A DNA stretch of 64,000 nucleotides from Spirochaetaceae bacterium (GCA_051531975.1 JAOPTT010000006.1:160656-224655), one strand, 5' to 3'. Counted from the stretch's first letter, positions 52,924 to 63,574 are shown. The notes: generated from the sequence alone by a model not told the origin. Numbers and translations: made by a program.

Positions 52924-53568
52924 ATGAATAACTTATTATATAAAGAATTTAAACTTTCAATACATAAAGCAATATATATGCTAATACCACTGCTTAGTAT
53001 CTTGCTTCTAATTCCTAACTGGCCATATTTTATAGCTTTAATGTACTTTTTCTTTATATCGATACCAAATATTTTTGGAGCCTATAATGCACAAAAAGAT
53101 ATGCAATTTTCAGTATTTATGCCAGTTAAGAAAAGTGACGTGGTAAAATCTAAAATAATTGCAATATCTATAATTGAGTTAATTCATCTGTTAAGCGCAG
53201 TATTATTTGGAATGATACACTATTTAATATTTGGTAATTATAATTTCTTTCTAGATATTGGTTTCTCATATTTTGGATTATCTTTCATTATGTATGGAGT
53301 ATTTAATCTGATATTTTTCCCTCTATATTTTAAAACTGCATATAAATATGGAATACCTCTAATAATTGGAGTTATTGTAACTTTAATTTATGCAACTATA
53401 ATTGAGTTTTCTGTTATTTTAAATCCTACTATAGCCTACCATCTTGAGAATAAAGATAAGATATTTTTTCAATTACTAATTCTAATTTTTGGTATACTAT
53501 TTTTTGTAGTAATAAATATGGTTACACATAATCTTTCTAAGAAGAGGTTTGAACTAGTAGAGCTATGA
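52924..53568 (+). CDS. ABC-2 transporter permease
   Basis: LLYKEFKL start, MPVKKSDVVKSK, six TM segments. Confidence 0.85.
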   Translation: MNNLLYKEFKLSIHKAIYMLIPLLSILLLIPNWPYFIALMYFFFISIPNIFGAYNAQKDMQFSVFMPVKKSDVVKSKIIAISIIELIHLLSAVLFGMIHYLIFGNYNFFLDIGFSYFGLSFIMYGVFNLIFFPLYFKTAYKYGIPLIIGVIVTLIYATIIEFSVILNPTIAYHLENKDKIFFQLLILIFGILFFVVINMVTHNLSKKRFELVEL

Positions 53569-53936
53569 ATATAAAATTTTCAAATGATTCAAACAAACCT
53601 ATCTATAAGCAGTTATTTGAACGTATAACTTTTCAAATAATAAATGGGCAATTAGATGGAGAAACAATACTACCTCCTATAAGAACAGCAGCTAAAGAGT
53701 TGGGAGTGAGTATAATTACAGTCAAAAAAGCTTGGGAAGAGCTAGAGAGAGAAGGTTTTATCTATACTATTGTTGGTAAGGGGTGTTTTGTTTCACCTTA
53801 TACAGATAAACAGTTATTTGATACAAAAAAACAACTAATAAAAAATCAATTAACAAAGGATCTTGTTTATTATAAAGAGTTAGGAACCTCTATGAAAGAT
53901 TTAATCTCAATTATAAAAGAGGAATATAATGAATAA
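53565..53936 (+). CDS. GntR family (YtrA subfamily) regulator
   Basis: PIYKQL...LPPIRTAAKELGVSIITVKKAWEELEREG...GKGCFV; short C-terminus. Confidence 0.92.
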   Translation: MNIKFSNDSNKPIYKQLFERITFQIINGQLDGETILPPIRTAAKELGVSIITVKKAWEELEREGFIYTIVGKGCFVSPYTDKQLFDTKKQLIKNQLTKDLVYYKELGTSMKDLISIIKEEYNE

Positions 53937-54045
53937 CAAAGTTAAATAATATAATTTTATATAATACTTAGAAGATATAGCTTATTTTGATACTTTACCT
54001 GATTTCGTAAATTTATATCGTTGTAAATTAAAAATTATACCAAAA

Positions 54046-54957
54046 TTAGATCTCTTTAGTTTTAATTATTCTATATAGAGTATCGTTAACAGGGACATCT
54101 AATCCATGTTTATTTGCTATTTTTATTAGGTCTCCTGCAAAAGATTCTACCTCTGTTTTTCTGCAAGCTTCTATGTCTTGGAGCATGGAAGTCTTCCCAG
54201 TAGGTCCTAATGTTTTAAGCACTTCGTACCATTTATCTATGTCTTTTTCATCGAGAGATATGTTTTCTTTTTGAGCAACTTTTATAGTTTCCATCATAGC
54301 ATTTTCCATTAGTTTTTGCAGAGTAGGGTCACTTTGGAACACTCCATAATTTGCTCCTGTAATTGCTGAAACCTGATTTACTCCAATATTTATCATCCAT
54401 TTATACCAGATGTCTCTATGTATATCTTTGGATAGGATATATTCAAGATTACAACTTTTGAGGAAGTTTACTACCGAATCCAACTCTGGAGTTTTTGTAT
54501 TATTTTTACTTCCTAATAGAAATTTACCTTTTCTTGTAAAATGTAAATCATCTCCCTCTTTTACTGCATCCATACCAAGAACTGCTGAATATAAAACAGT
54601 AGTTTCAGGAAGAAGTGACTCAAGATAAGTCTCACTTGTTATTCCGTTTAATACAGAGATAATAGTTGTTTCTGAGTTTGATACTGCTTCTAGTAGAGGT
54701 CGGATATTATCTAAGTGGTAGTTTTTTACACAGACTAGAATAAGATCGGCTTTTTCTGTTATATCGTCTATGGATTTGACTGGAAACTGTTTTATTTTAT
54801 TATTTATTTTAAATGTTCTGTTTTTTAGTTGTTCATATCTTTTATTATCAACAAGAAAGTAGGCATTTACAGTTGGATTAGAAATAATTGAATCCATAAA
54901 CATCAGGCCTAAAGCACCGGCTCCAATAATTGCGACAGATTTAATAGGTTTCATCAT
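54046..54957 (-). CDS. panE: 2-dehydropantoate 2-reductase family protein
   Basis: GAGALG, VKNY, LNG, WYKWMIN, TSMLQD...RKTE. Confidence 0.85.
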   Translation of the reverse strand: MMKPIKSVAIIGAGALGLMFMDSIISNPTVNAYFLVDNKRYEQLKNRTFKINNKIKQFPVKSIDDITEKADLILVCVKNYHLDNIRPLLEAVSNSETTIISVLNGITSETYLESLLPETTVLYSAVLGMDAVKEGDDLHFTRKGKFLLGSKNNTKTPELDSVVNFLKSCNLEYILSKDIHRDIWYKWMINIGVNQVSAITGANYGVFQSDPTLQKLMENAMMETIKVAQKENISLDEKDIDKWYEVLKTLGPTGKTSMLQDIEACRKTEVESFAGDLIKIANKHGLDVPVNDTLYRIIKTKEI

Positions 54958-54990
54958 ATTTCTCCTGATATTCTTTGAATTATATTATAA

Positions 54991-55022
54991 GTATCAGACT
55001 CCTAAAACTAGAAGCCTGATAC
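54991..55022 (-). terminator. 14-bp hairpin downstream of nrdJ
   Basis: Minus strand GTATCAGGCTTCTA-gttt-TAGGAGTCTGATAC, fully paired with G-U only on this strand. Confidence 0.75.
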
Positions 55023-55032
55023 AATTTTTATA

Positions 55033-57267
55033 TTAAGAACATTTACTATAACCACAACTAATACAAGTCATGCAACCGTCTCTAAATGCTAACTTTTCAT
55101 CACATTCGGGGCAGAAACCTTCACTTGTAATTACCTCTTCACCATCTTTTATATAACCTTTTAGAACTCTAGATATACTTCTTTCTACAGCTGTAAAGTG
55201 TGTATCTTTTTGTAACTGGCTAACTATAAATTGCAGAGGAGTACCATGTCTTAAAGACATTGAGATCATTCTTGCTAAGGAAGCATCAATTGAGTCGTAT
55301 TGATTAGTAAAATCTTTTAACTTAACAGAATCAGTACCATTACTAAATATCAGATCGTATTGACCCTTAGCTGCTTTTCTAACTAATGTTTTTTTATCTG
55401 TTTCAAGATTAATCTCTTTTTTAGGGTCATCTATAACAAATACTTCGTATAACGATCCATTTAAAAGACCAGCTATAACTAAGAAACTTTTAGCACCAGA
55501 TTTTATTCTATGTATTTCGCAAGGTAGTTCTACAGGTCTTTCAGGAGCTACACGTCTAGTAACTGTTTTTTTAGTATCGTTATATTCTAATATTCCCTTC
55601 ATACTTCCTTCAGGATTAAATGTTGTGAAACCTTTTAACCCTTTATCATAAGCATTCATAAATATTTTCTGATATTCCTCGTATGTCGTACCTGGAGGAA
55701 GATTTAGTGTTTTAGAAATACTATGATCAATATATTTTTGGAAGATAGCCTGTACATCTATTGAATCGTAAGGATCAATATCCATCGTTGTTGTAAAGTA
55801 GTCTGGTTTTACATCTGTATTAAACATAGAAGTATATAATTTCCATGCATAGTCACTTACATTTTCAGTTTTAGTTTCATCACCAGTTCCAGTACGAACT
55901 GTTCTGTTATATGAAAGTGAAAATATTGGTTCTATACCAGAAGAACAGTTTTGACCCATAGAAAGTGAAGTTGTACCTGTAGGAGCAATAGTATTTAACT
56001 GAACATTTCTCATACCCTGTGTTTTTATTTTATCTCTTAACCAATTTGGTAGTTGTTTAATAAACTCACCATCTAAATATTTCTCTGTATCAAAAGAAGG
56101 GAAGGTTCCTTTTTCTAAAGCCAAATCAGAGGAGGCACTATATGTTGCATCTCTTAAAGTTTTTGCTATCTCTTCAGATAATATTAAGGATTCTTTACTT
56201 CCATATGGTATTTTTAACATTGCAAAAACATCGGCAAGACCTGTAAATCCAAGCCCAATTCGACGCCATAACTTTGAGAAATCTTCAATTTTATCAAGAG
56301 GGTATTCTGTTACATCTAATATGTTATCTAAAAATCTTACAGCAATTGTTATTGATTTCTTAAAATCTTCAAAACTAAATGTAGCTTCTTCTGAAAATGG
56401 GTTTGAAACAAATTTAACAAGATTCAGTGCGGATAGACAACATAGAGAATATGATGGCATTACAAGTTCACCACATGGATTACATCTATCCATATCAAAA
56501 GCCCAATAACCGTTATTAAATTTATTTACTGTATCGGAATAAAAAATTCCAGGTTCATTATTAAAATATGCATTTTTAGCAAGTTTATTATATAAATCTT
56601 TAGCTTTAACAGTTTTATAGACTTCATTATCAAATACTAAATCCCAATCTGAATCGCTTTTAACAGCCTTTATGAAGTCATCTGTAACTTTTACTGATAT
56701 ATTGAATTGTGTAAGTTCTTTATTTTCATCACCTTTTTTAGCGTGGATAAAATCTTCAATTTCAGGATGTGATATATCAAGAAGAGCTATATGAGCAGCT
56801 CTACGTTGACCACCTGTCATAATAGTTTTAGCAGACTGATCAAATATTCGTAAAAATGATATAACTCCAGAAGACTCTCCTCCACTAGAAAGTGGGGCAC
56901 CTTTTGGTCTTAACTTTGAGATATCAAATCCTACACCACCACCCATTTTACTGATTTTGGCATCCTCGGCTAAAGAGTTGTATATTCCCTCCATAGAATC
57001 TTCTATATCTATAGTAAAGCAGTTATTATAGTTTTTCATTGGACTATCTGGTCTTGCATTGGCAAGTATTCTTCCAGCAGGCATTAATCGACCCTCTGAA
57101 AGTTCTTTGTAAAAGATCTCTTCCCACTTCTGTTGTTCTTTCTCTTTAGATGAAATCTCAGATGCAACACCTTTAAAAATCTCTTCTGCTGTCTTTTCGT
57201 TATTTAATCCGTATTTTTGAAAAAATATCTCTTTACTTATCGGTTGTTCCCATTGCCACTCGTTCAT
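55033..57267 (-). CDS. nrdJ: Adenosylcobalamin-dependent (class II) ribonucleotide reductase
   Basis: PAGRIL, NCF, NPCGE, IAPTGT, C-terminal CPEC...CISCGYSKC; no beta subunit nearby. Confidence 0.92.
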   Translation of the reverse strand: MNEWQWEQPISKEIFFQKYGLNNEKTAEEIFKGVASEISSKEKEQQKWEEIFYKELSEGRLMPAGRILANARPDSPMKNYNNCFTIDIEDSMEGIYNSLAEDAKISKMGGGVGFDISKLRPKGAPLSSGGESSGVISFLRIFDQSAKTIMTGGQRRAAHIALLDISHPEIEDFIHAKKGDENKELTQFNISVKVTDDFIKAVKSDSDWDLVFDNEVYKTVKAKDLYNKLAKNAYFNNEPGIFYSDTVNKFNNGYWAFDMDRCNPCGELVMPSYSLCCLSALNLVKFVSNPFSEEATFSFEDFKKSITIAVRFLDNILDVTEYPLDKIEDFSKLWRRIGLGFTGLADVFAMLKIPYGSKESLILSEEIAKTLRDATYSASSDLALEKGTFPSFDTEKYLDGEFIKQLPNWLRDKIKTQGMRNVQLNTIAPTGTTSLSMGQNCSSGIEPIFSLSYNRTVRTGTGDETKTENVSDYAWKLYTSMFNTDVKPDYFTTTMDIDPYDSIDVQAIFQKYIDHSISKTLNLPPGTTYEEYQKIFMNAYDKGLKGFTTFNPEGSMKGILEYNDTKKTVTRRVAPERPVELPCEIHRIKSGAKSFLVIAGLLNGSLYEVFVIDDPKKEINLETDKKTLVRKAAKGQYDLIFSNGTDSVKLKDFTNQYDSIDASLARMISMSLRHGTPLQFIVSQLQKDTHFTAVERSISRVLKGYIKDGEEVITSEGFCPECDEKLAFRDGCMTCISCGYSKCS

Positions 57268-57282
57268 ATGTATCCTTTTGAT

Positions 57283-57340
57283 GCGCTATATATAGTGCTT
57301 ATTATTGTTTTTATTGTAATATTGACACTATAAAGCAGTT
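57283..57340. promoter_or_regulatory. NrdR boxes upstream of nrdJ
   Basis: GCGCTATATATAGTGC (57283-57298) and weaker ACACTATAAAGCAGTT (57325-57340) versus consensus acaCwAtATaTwGtgt. Confidence 0.7.
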
Positions 57341-57434
57341 CATAGAAATATTAAAGATATTTTCTGTGTTTTTTAATAAAAAGTTCAATATTAAATTACT
57401 ATCAAAATTGAAATAAACTGTTAGACTTATATTT

Positions 57435-58805
57435 ATGGTTTCTAAAAAAGAAAAGTTACCGCTTAAAGTGGCACTAATTTACTCTGTAGGACAATTTGGT
57501 TGGTCCATACTGGTAAATATTGTAAGTCTACAATTAGTTTATTTTTATATACCACCAGTCGGATCAGGAATAAAACTTCATATTACTCAAGCAATATTTT
57601 TAGTAGTTTTAAATACTTTGTCCATTTTAGCAGCTAGTGGAAGAATCTTTGATGCTGTAACAGATCCGGTTATTGCAAATCTAAGTGATAGATGGAGAGG
57701 GAAAAGAGGACGTAGAACCCCATTTTTACTATTTGGTGCTGCGCCTGCTGCAATTTTTTGTACATTAATGTTTTTACCAGTAGTTAATGGTATTAGTGGT
57801 TGGAATATCGCATGGTTATTTTTTATGCAGTTGCTGTTCTACTTTTTTATTACTGTCTATGTAACACCATATTTTGCCCTAATACCAGAACTTGGACATA
57901 CATCAAATGAGAGATTAAATTTATCGACATGGATTTCCATAACTTATGGGTTAGGATTAATTACAGCTGCAATGGTACCGTCAATTGCTGATCTTATAAA
58001 TCGAGATGATAGGGTAAGGTCTATTCAGATAGCCATTGCAATTGTCTCTTTTATAGCTTTTATTGCTATGATAATACCAGGGGTTTTTATAGATGAAAAA
58101 AAATATGCCGATGGACAGCCCTCCAATGTCCCCCTGATTAAGGCATTTAAACGTACATTTTCAAATATAAATTTTAGATATTATGCTATTGCAGATTTAA
58201 TATATTTTATTGGGTTAACAATAATTTTAACTGGTCTTCTCTACTATGTAACAGTTTTATTAGGTCTATCTGAGAGATTAGTTGGTTCATTGTTATTAAT
58301 TATGATAGCGGTTTCATTTATTTTTTATCCTTTAGTTAATATTCTAGCAAAAAAAGTTGGAAAAAAGATTCTAATAATAATTTCAATTCTATTTATGGGT
58401 TTAATATTTTTTGGACTGTTTTTTCTTGGTAAATATCCAATACCTACCATAATTCAAGCATATCTTGTTGTCATATTTTACTCAATTCCTCTCTCTTTTT
58501 TAGGTATATTACCAAATGCAGTTTTGGCTGATATCGCCGAACACGATAGCTTAAAAAGTGGAATAAGACAGGAAGGCATGTTTTTTGCAGCAAGAACTTT
58601 AATGCATAAGTTTGGTCAAACTATTGGAGTATTACTATTTGCAGCATTAACAACACTTGGAAAAGACCCAGGAAATGATTTTGGAATAAGAGTTAGCGGA
58701 ATTGTTGGATTTATTTTATGTATGTTCGCAGGATTCTACTTTCTTAAATATAATGAGAAGAAAATAATGTATGAAACAGAGCAGATGTTAAAGGATAAGG
58801 TATAA
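57435..58805 (+). CDS. MFS transporter, GPH/MelB-like
   Basis: DAVTDPVIANLSDR..GRR.PF, ALIPEL, RQEGMFF. Confidence 0.9.
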   Translation: MVSKKEKLPLKVALIYSVGQFGWSILVNIVSLQLVYFYIPPVGSGIKLHITQAIFLVVLNTLSILAASGRIFDAVTDPVIANLSDRWRGKRGRRTPFLLFGAAPAAIFCTLMFLPVVNGISGWNIAWLFFMQLLFYFFITVYVTPYFALIPELGHTSNERLNLSTWISITYGLGLITAAMVPSIADLINRDDRVRSIQIAIAIVSFIAFIAMIIPGVFIDEKKYADGQPSNVPLIKAFKRTFSNINFRYYAIADLIYFIGLTIILTGLLYYVTVLLGLSERLVGSLLLIMIAVSFIFYPLVNILAKKVGKKILIIISILFMGLIFFGLFFLGKYPIPTIIQAYLVVIFYSIPLSFLGILPNAVLADIAEHDSLKSGIRQEGMFFAARTLMHKFGQTIGVLLFAALTTLGKDPGNDFGIRVSGIVGFILCMFAGFYFLKYNEKKIMYETEQMLKDKV

Positions 58806-58867
58806 TTTTTTTGGAATTAAATTCCAGTAATTATATGATATGATAAAGCATAGGAGAATTCAGAGAA

Positions 58868-59326
58868 ATGGCCAATGAAGAATTAAAATCCTTAAATTTA
58901 ATAATAGATCAACATAAAGATAGAACAGCACCTTTAATGCCTGTATTACATGCAGTCCAGGGAACCTTTGGCTGTATATCATATAATAGTCAAATAATCA
59001 TAAGTAAAGAATTAAAAATATCACTTTCTCAGATAAGTGGGGTAGTCACATTTTATTCTGGGTTTACAGTTGAACCAAGGGGCAAAAATATTATAGGTGT
59101 CTGTATGGGAACTGCTTGTTACGTTAAAGGCGCTAAATTAATATTTAGAGAAGTCACAAAAATACTAGGGGCTGGATTAGGGGAAACAACGGTTGATGGA
59201 TTGTTTACAATTGCTCCTACAAGATGTTTAGGGGATTGTTCCAAAGCTCCTGCAGTTGTGGTTAATAATATAGTTTATGGGAATTTAAATGTTGAAGATA
59301 TAAAAGATATCATTTCAAAATATTAA
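58868..59326 (+). CDS. NuoE-like [2Fe-2S] subunit of NAD-linked formate dehydrogenase
   Basis: GVVTFY, CMGTAC, CLGDC..AP. Confidence 0.92.
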   Translation: MANEELKSLNLIIDQHKDRTAPLMPVLHAVQGTFGCISYNSQIIISKELKISLSQISGVVTFYSGFTVEPRGKNIIGVCMGTACYVKGAKLIFREVTKILGAGLGETTVDGLFTIAPTRCLGDCSKAPAVVVNNIVYGNLNVEDIKDIISKY

Positions 59327-59341
59327 TAAGGAAAAACTATT

Positions 59342-60871
59342 ATGAGTCTAAATAATTTAGAGCAGATAAAATTGGAAACATTGGAAAATGTTCAGTTCTT
59401 AGAAGTCAAAAAACATGAACTGGAAGTAAGAAGAGTTCTAAGAAATTGTGATGTTATTGACCCATTAAATATTAATGAATATATAGCCCGAGATGGATAT
59501 TTTGCTGCGTATAAAGCCATAAATACAATGACTCCTGATGTTATTATTAAAGAGATGAAAAAATCTGGACTTCGTGGACGTGGAGGTGGAGGATTTCCTA
59601 CTGGTATCAAGTGGGAAATCGCAAATAAAATTGACTCTAATCAGAAATATATTATATGTAATGCCGATGAAGGTGATCCTGGCGCATTTATGGATCGTTC
59701 CATATTAGAAAAAGATCCACACTCAGTAATTGAGGGGATGTTAATAGCTGGGTATTCCATCGGTGCATCTATCGGTTATATATATATTCGAGCAGAATAT
59801 CCTACTGCAGCTGAACATCTTAATTTAGCTATAAAAGCAGCCAAAAAGCTAAAATATCTTGGTAATAATGTTTTTGATAGTACCTTTAATTTCGATATAG
59901 AGATAAGGCTTGGTGCAGGCGCATTTGTTTGTGGAGAAGAAACAGCGTTAATTGCTTCTATAGAAGGGGAGAGAGGTATGCCTAGATTAAAACCTCCTTT
60001 CCCAGCAATAAAGGGTCTGTTTGGTAAACCAACAGTAATTAATAATGTTGAAACACTATCTAATATTCCGCAAATTATTTTTAATGGTTCACACTGGTTC
60101 CTTGAATACGGAACAGAGAATTCTCCAGGAACAAAAGTATTTGCCCTAGCTGGTAAAATAGTTAACGGTGGTTTAATTGAAGTACCAATGGGTATCAGTT
60201 TACAAAAGGTTATTTATGATATCGGTGGTGGTGTTGAAAAAAACCGTAAATTTAAAGCGGTTTTAACAGGTGGTCCAAGTGGTGGTTGTTTAACAACTAT
60301 TCATTTAGAAGAACAAATTGATTTTGATAACCTAAAGTCTTTAGGTTCCATGATGGGTAGTGGTGGAATGATAGTTTTGGATGATACTAACTGTATGGTT
60401 GATATTGCTGGTTTTTATATGGATTTTATGGTTGATGAATCCTGTGGTAAATGTACTCCCTGTCGTGAAGGTACCAAAAGAATGTCAGGTATATTACAGA
60501 AGATCATTAGTGGTTCTGGAAATGAACATGATTTTATAAAACTAAATCAACTAGCCAACACTGTAAAAAATACATCCTTATGTGGATTAGGTAAAACAGC
60601 TCCAAATCCGGTTTTATCAACTATTCAATATTTTAATGATGAATATCTAGATCATATTAATAACAGACATTGTGAAGCAGGTGTATGTGAAGATCTGAGT
60701 AAATATAATATTACTTCAAAATGTATTGGTTGCCAGAAGTGTAGCAAAAATTGTCCGGTGGATTGCATTTCTGGTGGGAATAAAGAACAACATAACATTG
60801 ATCAGGAAACATGTATAAAATGTGGTATATGTTTAAAAGTGTGTCCAATTAGTGCAATAGAGGTAGAGTAA
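59342..60871 (+). CDS. NuoF/HydB-like FMN/NADH subunit with C-terminal 2x[4Fe-4S]
   Basis: GRGGGGFPTG, NADEGDPGAFMDR, CGEETAL, GGPSGG, CGKCTPCREG, two ferredoxin motifs. Confidence 0.93.
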   Translation: MSLNNLEQIKLETLENVQFLEVKKHELEVRRVLRNCDVIDPLNINEYIARDGYFAAYKAINTMTPDVIIKEMKKSGLRGRGGGGFPTGIKWEIANKIDSNQKYIICNADEGDPGAFMDRSILEKDPHSVIEGMLIAGYSIGASIGYIYIRAEYPTAAEHLNLAIKAAKKLKYLGNNVFDSTFNFDIEIRLGAGAFVCGEETALIASIEGERGMPRLKPPFPAIKGLFGKPTVINNVETLSNIPQIIFNGSHWFLEYGTENSPGTKVFALAGKIVNGGLIEVPMGISLQKVIYDIGGGVEKNRKFKAVLTGGPSGGCLTTIHLEEQIDFDNLKSLGSMMGSGGMIVLDDTNCMVDIAGFYMDFMVDESCGKCTPCREGTKRMSGILQKIISGSGNEHDFIKLNQLANTVKNTSLCGLGKTAPNPVLSTIQYFNDEYLDHINNRHCEAGVCEDLSKYNITSKCIGCQKCSKNCPVDCISGGNKEQHNIDQETCIKCGICLKVCPISAIEVE

Positions 60872-63574
60872 ATGGTTGATATAAATCTAATTAATATTAC
60901 TTTAAATGGTATAGCGGTGAAAGTCGAAAAAGGCTCAACCATTTTAACGGTATGTAAAATAAATGGTATAGATATACCAACATTTTGTTTTGATGAACGG
61001 TTAAAATCACATTCTGCTTGTAGAATTTGTATAGTAGAAGTTAATGGGCAAGATACATTATTACCTTCCTGTTCCACTTTAGTAGCTGAAGGAATGAATA
61101 TTCAGACACACAATGAGAGGGTTATAAATTCAAGACGGGATATTTTAGAGTTATTATGGGCTAACCACCCTAATGACTGCCTAGTATGTGAAAAATCCGG
61201 TGAATGTGATCTACAGAAATATAGTTATGAATATGATATCGATCCGGATAGTTATTACAGTTTTGATACTAAAAAATCTCATAAAATTAATTACTCTAAT
61301 AAGTTCTATATTAATGACCAAAACAAGTGCATTTTATGTGGCAAATGTATTCGAGTTTGTGATGAGTTGCAGAATGTAAATACAATTGGGTTTCTAGAGA
61401 GAGGGCAAGATTCGTATGTTGGATATCCACTAGATGGATCATATGAAAATAGTGTATGTGTTTCATGTGGAAATTGTGTTTCTATATGCCCAGTAGGTGC
61501 TTTAATGCCAAAAAGTAGGGATAAGTTTAGAAATTGGGATGTTAAGAAAGTTCAAACTACATGTTCATATTGTGGCGTGGGATGTCAGATGGATTTAGTA
61601 ATAAACAATGATAAAGTTGTTAGAATTGATCCAGTTGATAATGGACCTAATGAGGGACTTTTATGTGTAAAAGGAAAGTTCGCATATAACTATATAAATC
61701 ATAAGGATCGTTTAACAAAACCTCTGATTAAAAAAGATGGTGAATTTCAGGAAGCCACCTGGGATGAGGTTTTAAATACTATTGTAAATAAAATTACCCA
61801 ATTAAAATCTAAATATAGCTCTGATGTTTTTGCTGGACTATCTAGTGCAAAATGTACTAATGAAGAGAACTACCTAATGCAGAAGTTTATGAGGGCAGTT
61901 CTTGGTACAAATAATATTGATCATTGTGCAAGACTTTGTCATGCATCAACAGTAGCTGGTTTAGCATCTACTCTAGGCAGTGGTGCAATGACAAATAGTA
62001 TTTCTGAAGTAAAAAATAGTGATGTTATATTTATTTTAGGATCAAATACTACAGAAACACATCCTGTAATAGGTTCAATGATACTCCAGGCTAAAAGAGA
62101 TGGAGCAAGAATTATTGTAGCAGATCCAAGAGAGATTGAGATGGCAAAACATGCAGACGTCTACCTGCAGATTGAACCAGGTTCCAATATTGCTCTTGTA
62201 AATGCAATGTGTCATGTAATATATAAAGAGAAACTATATAAAGAAAGTTACATTGAAACTAGAACTGAAAACTTCGAAGAGTTTATAGAAATATTAGATG
62301 CTTATACTCCAGAAATTGTCTCTCATATATGTGGTGTTGATGCTGAAGATATAATAAAAGCAGCGAGAATTTATGCTAAAACTGACAAAGCTGCTATTTA
62401 TTATTCAATGGGGGTTACTCAACACTCAAGTGGAACTAATAATGTTAAATCATTAGCTAATTTAGCCATGATGTGTGGAAATATAGGTATAGAATCAGGT
62501 GGTATTAATCCATTAAGAGGACAAAATAATGTACAGGGAGCATGTGATTTAGGAGCTCTACCAAATAATTACCCAGGATATCAAAAAGTATTTGATGAAA
62601 AAGTCCAAAAGAAGTTTGAAAAGGCATGGGGAGTTCCACTGTCTGATAAAGTAGGATTAACAGTTACCTCTATGTTAGAAAAAGCTGTTACAGGAGAAAT
62701 TAAATTTCTTTATATTATGGGGGAGAATCCAGCTGTTTCAGATCCAAATACAAATCATGTATTAAAGGCTCTTAAAAGTTTAGATTTTTTAGTGGTACAG
62801 GATATATTTTTATCGGAAACAGCAAAATATGCAGATATAGTTTTGCCTGCGGTATCATTTGCTGAGAAAGATGGAACATTTACTAATACAGAGAGAAAGA
62901 TTCAACGAATTAGAAAAGCGATCCCATCCATAGGAGAATCAAAGGCTGACTGGGAAATAATCTCTGATCTGATGAACCGTCTCGGATATAGCACTGATTA
63001 TAATTCCCCATCTGATATTATGGATGAAATAGCTCTGCTCACACCTATTTATGGTGGAATTAATTTTAATAGGATCGAAGAGGAAGGGATTCAGTGGCCA
63101 TGCCCAAACATAAATCATAAAGGTACTAAATTCCTTCATAAAGATACTTTTACTAGGGGATTAGGTCTGTTTACTCCAACACAGCATTTTGGAGCCATGG
63201 AAACAATAGATGTTGAATATCCACTTATTTTAACTACAGGTCGTTCTTTATATCATTTTCATACAAGTACTATGACAAAGAGAACAAAAGAAATAAATGA
63301 AATTGTAGGTAGTAATTATTTAGAATTGTCTAACAAAACTGCTTATAAACATAATATTAAAAATGGTGATTTATTAAGAGTCACTTCTCGCCGGGGTAGT
63401 TCAGAGGCAAGAGCAAAAGTAATCGACAGAATTAAAGATGGTGTTGTATTTATGACTTTTCACTATCCAGGTGGAGCCAATATGTTAACTAGTAATAAAC
63501 ATTTGGATAAAGAGAGTAGTATCCCTGAATTAAAGGTTAGTGCAGTAAAAATAGAGTTAATTAGTGGAAGCTAA
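60872..63574 (+). CDS. fdhF: Mo/W formate dehydrogenase alpha subunit (Cys ligand) with NuoG-like N-terminal Fe-S module
   Basis: CSYCGVGC, NNIDHCARLCHAS, RGQNNVQG. Confidence 0.92.
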   Translation: MVDINLINITLNGIAVKVEKGSTILTVCKINGIDIPTFCFDERLKSHSACRICIVEVNGQDTLLPSCSTLVAEGMNIQTHNERVINSRRDILELLWANHPNDCLVCEKSGECDLQKYSYEYDIDPDSYYSFDTKKSHKINYSNKFYINDQNKCILCGKCIRVCDELQNVNTIGFLERGQDSYVGYPLDGSYENSVCVSCGNCVSICPVGALMPKSRDKFRNWDVKKVQTTCSYCGVGCQMDLVINNDKVVRIDPVDNGPNEGLLCVKGKFAYNYINHKDRLTKPLIKKDGEFQEATWDEVLNTIVNKITQLKSKYSSDVFAGLSSAKCTNEENYLMQKFMRAVLGTNNIDHCARLCHASTVAGLASTLGSGAMTNSISEVKNSDVIFILGSNTTETHPVIGSMILQAKRDGARIIVADPREIEMAKHADVYLQIEPGSNIALVNAMCHVIYKEKLYKESYIETRTENFEEFIEILDAYTPEIVSHICGVDAEDIIKAARIYAKTDKAAIYYSMGVTQHSSGTNNVKSLANLAMMCGNIGIESGGINPLRGQNNVQGACDLGALPNNYPGYQKVFDEKVQKKFEKAWGVPLSDKVGLTVTSMLEKAVTGEIKFLYIMGENPAVSDPNTNHVLKALKSLDFLVVQDIFLSETAKYADIVLPAVSFAEKDGTFTNTERKIQRIRKAIPSIGESKADWEIISDLMNRLGYSTDYNSPSDIMDEIALLTPIYGGINFNRIEEEGIQWPCPNINHKGTKFLHKDTFTRGLGLFTPTQHFGAMETIDVEYPLILTTGRSLYHFHTSTMTKRTKEINEIVGSNYLELSNKTAYKHNIKNGDLLRVTSRRGSSEARAKVIDRIKDGVVFMTFHYPGGANMLTSNKHLDKESSIPELKVSAVKIELISGS

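Noticed and set aside
61915..61945. Selenocysteine in the FDH active site
   Set aside because: The codon is TGT (Cys) and the ORF is uninterrupted.
1340..63139. Many short ORFs overlapping long genes (e.g. 2870-3346, 9023-9463, 42563-43003, 49040-49483)
   Set aside because: Antisense or alternate-frame shadows of well-supported CDSs, with no motifs.
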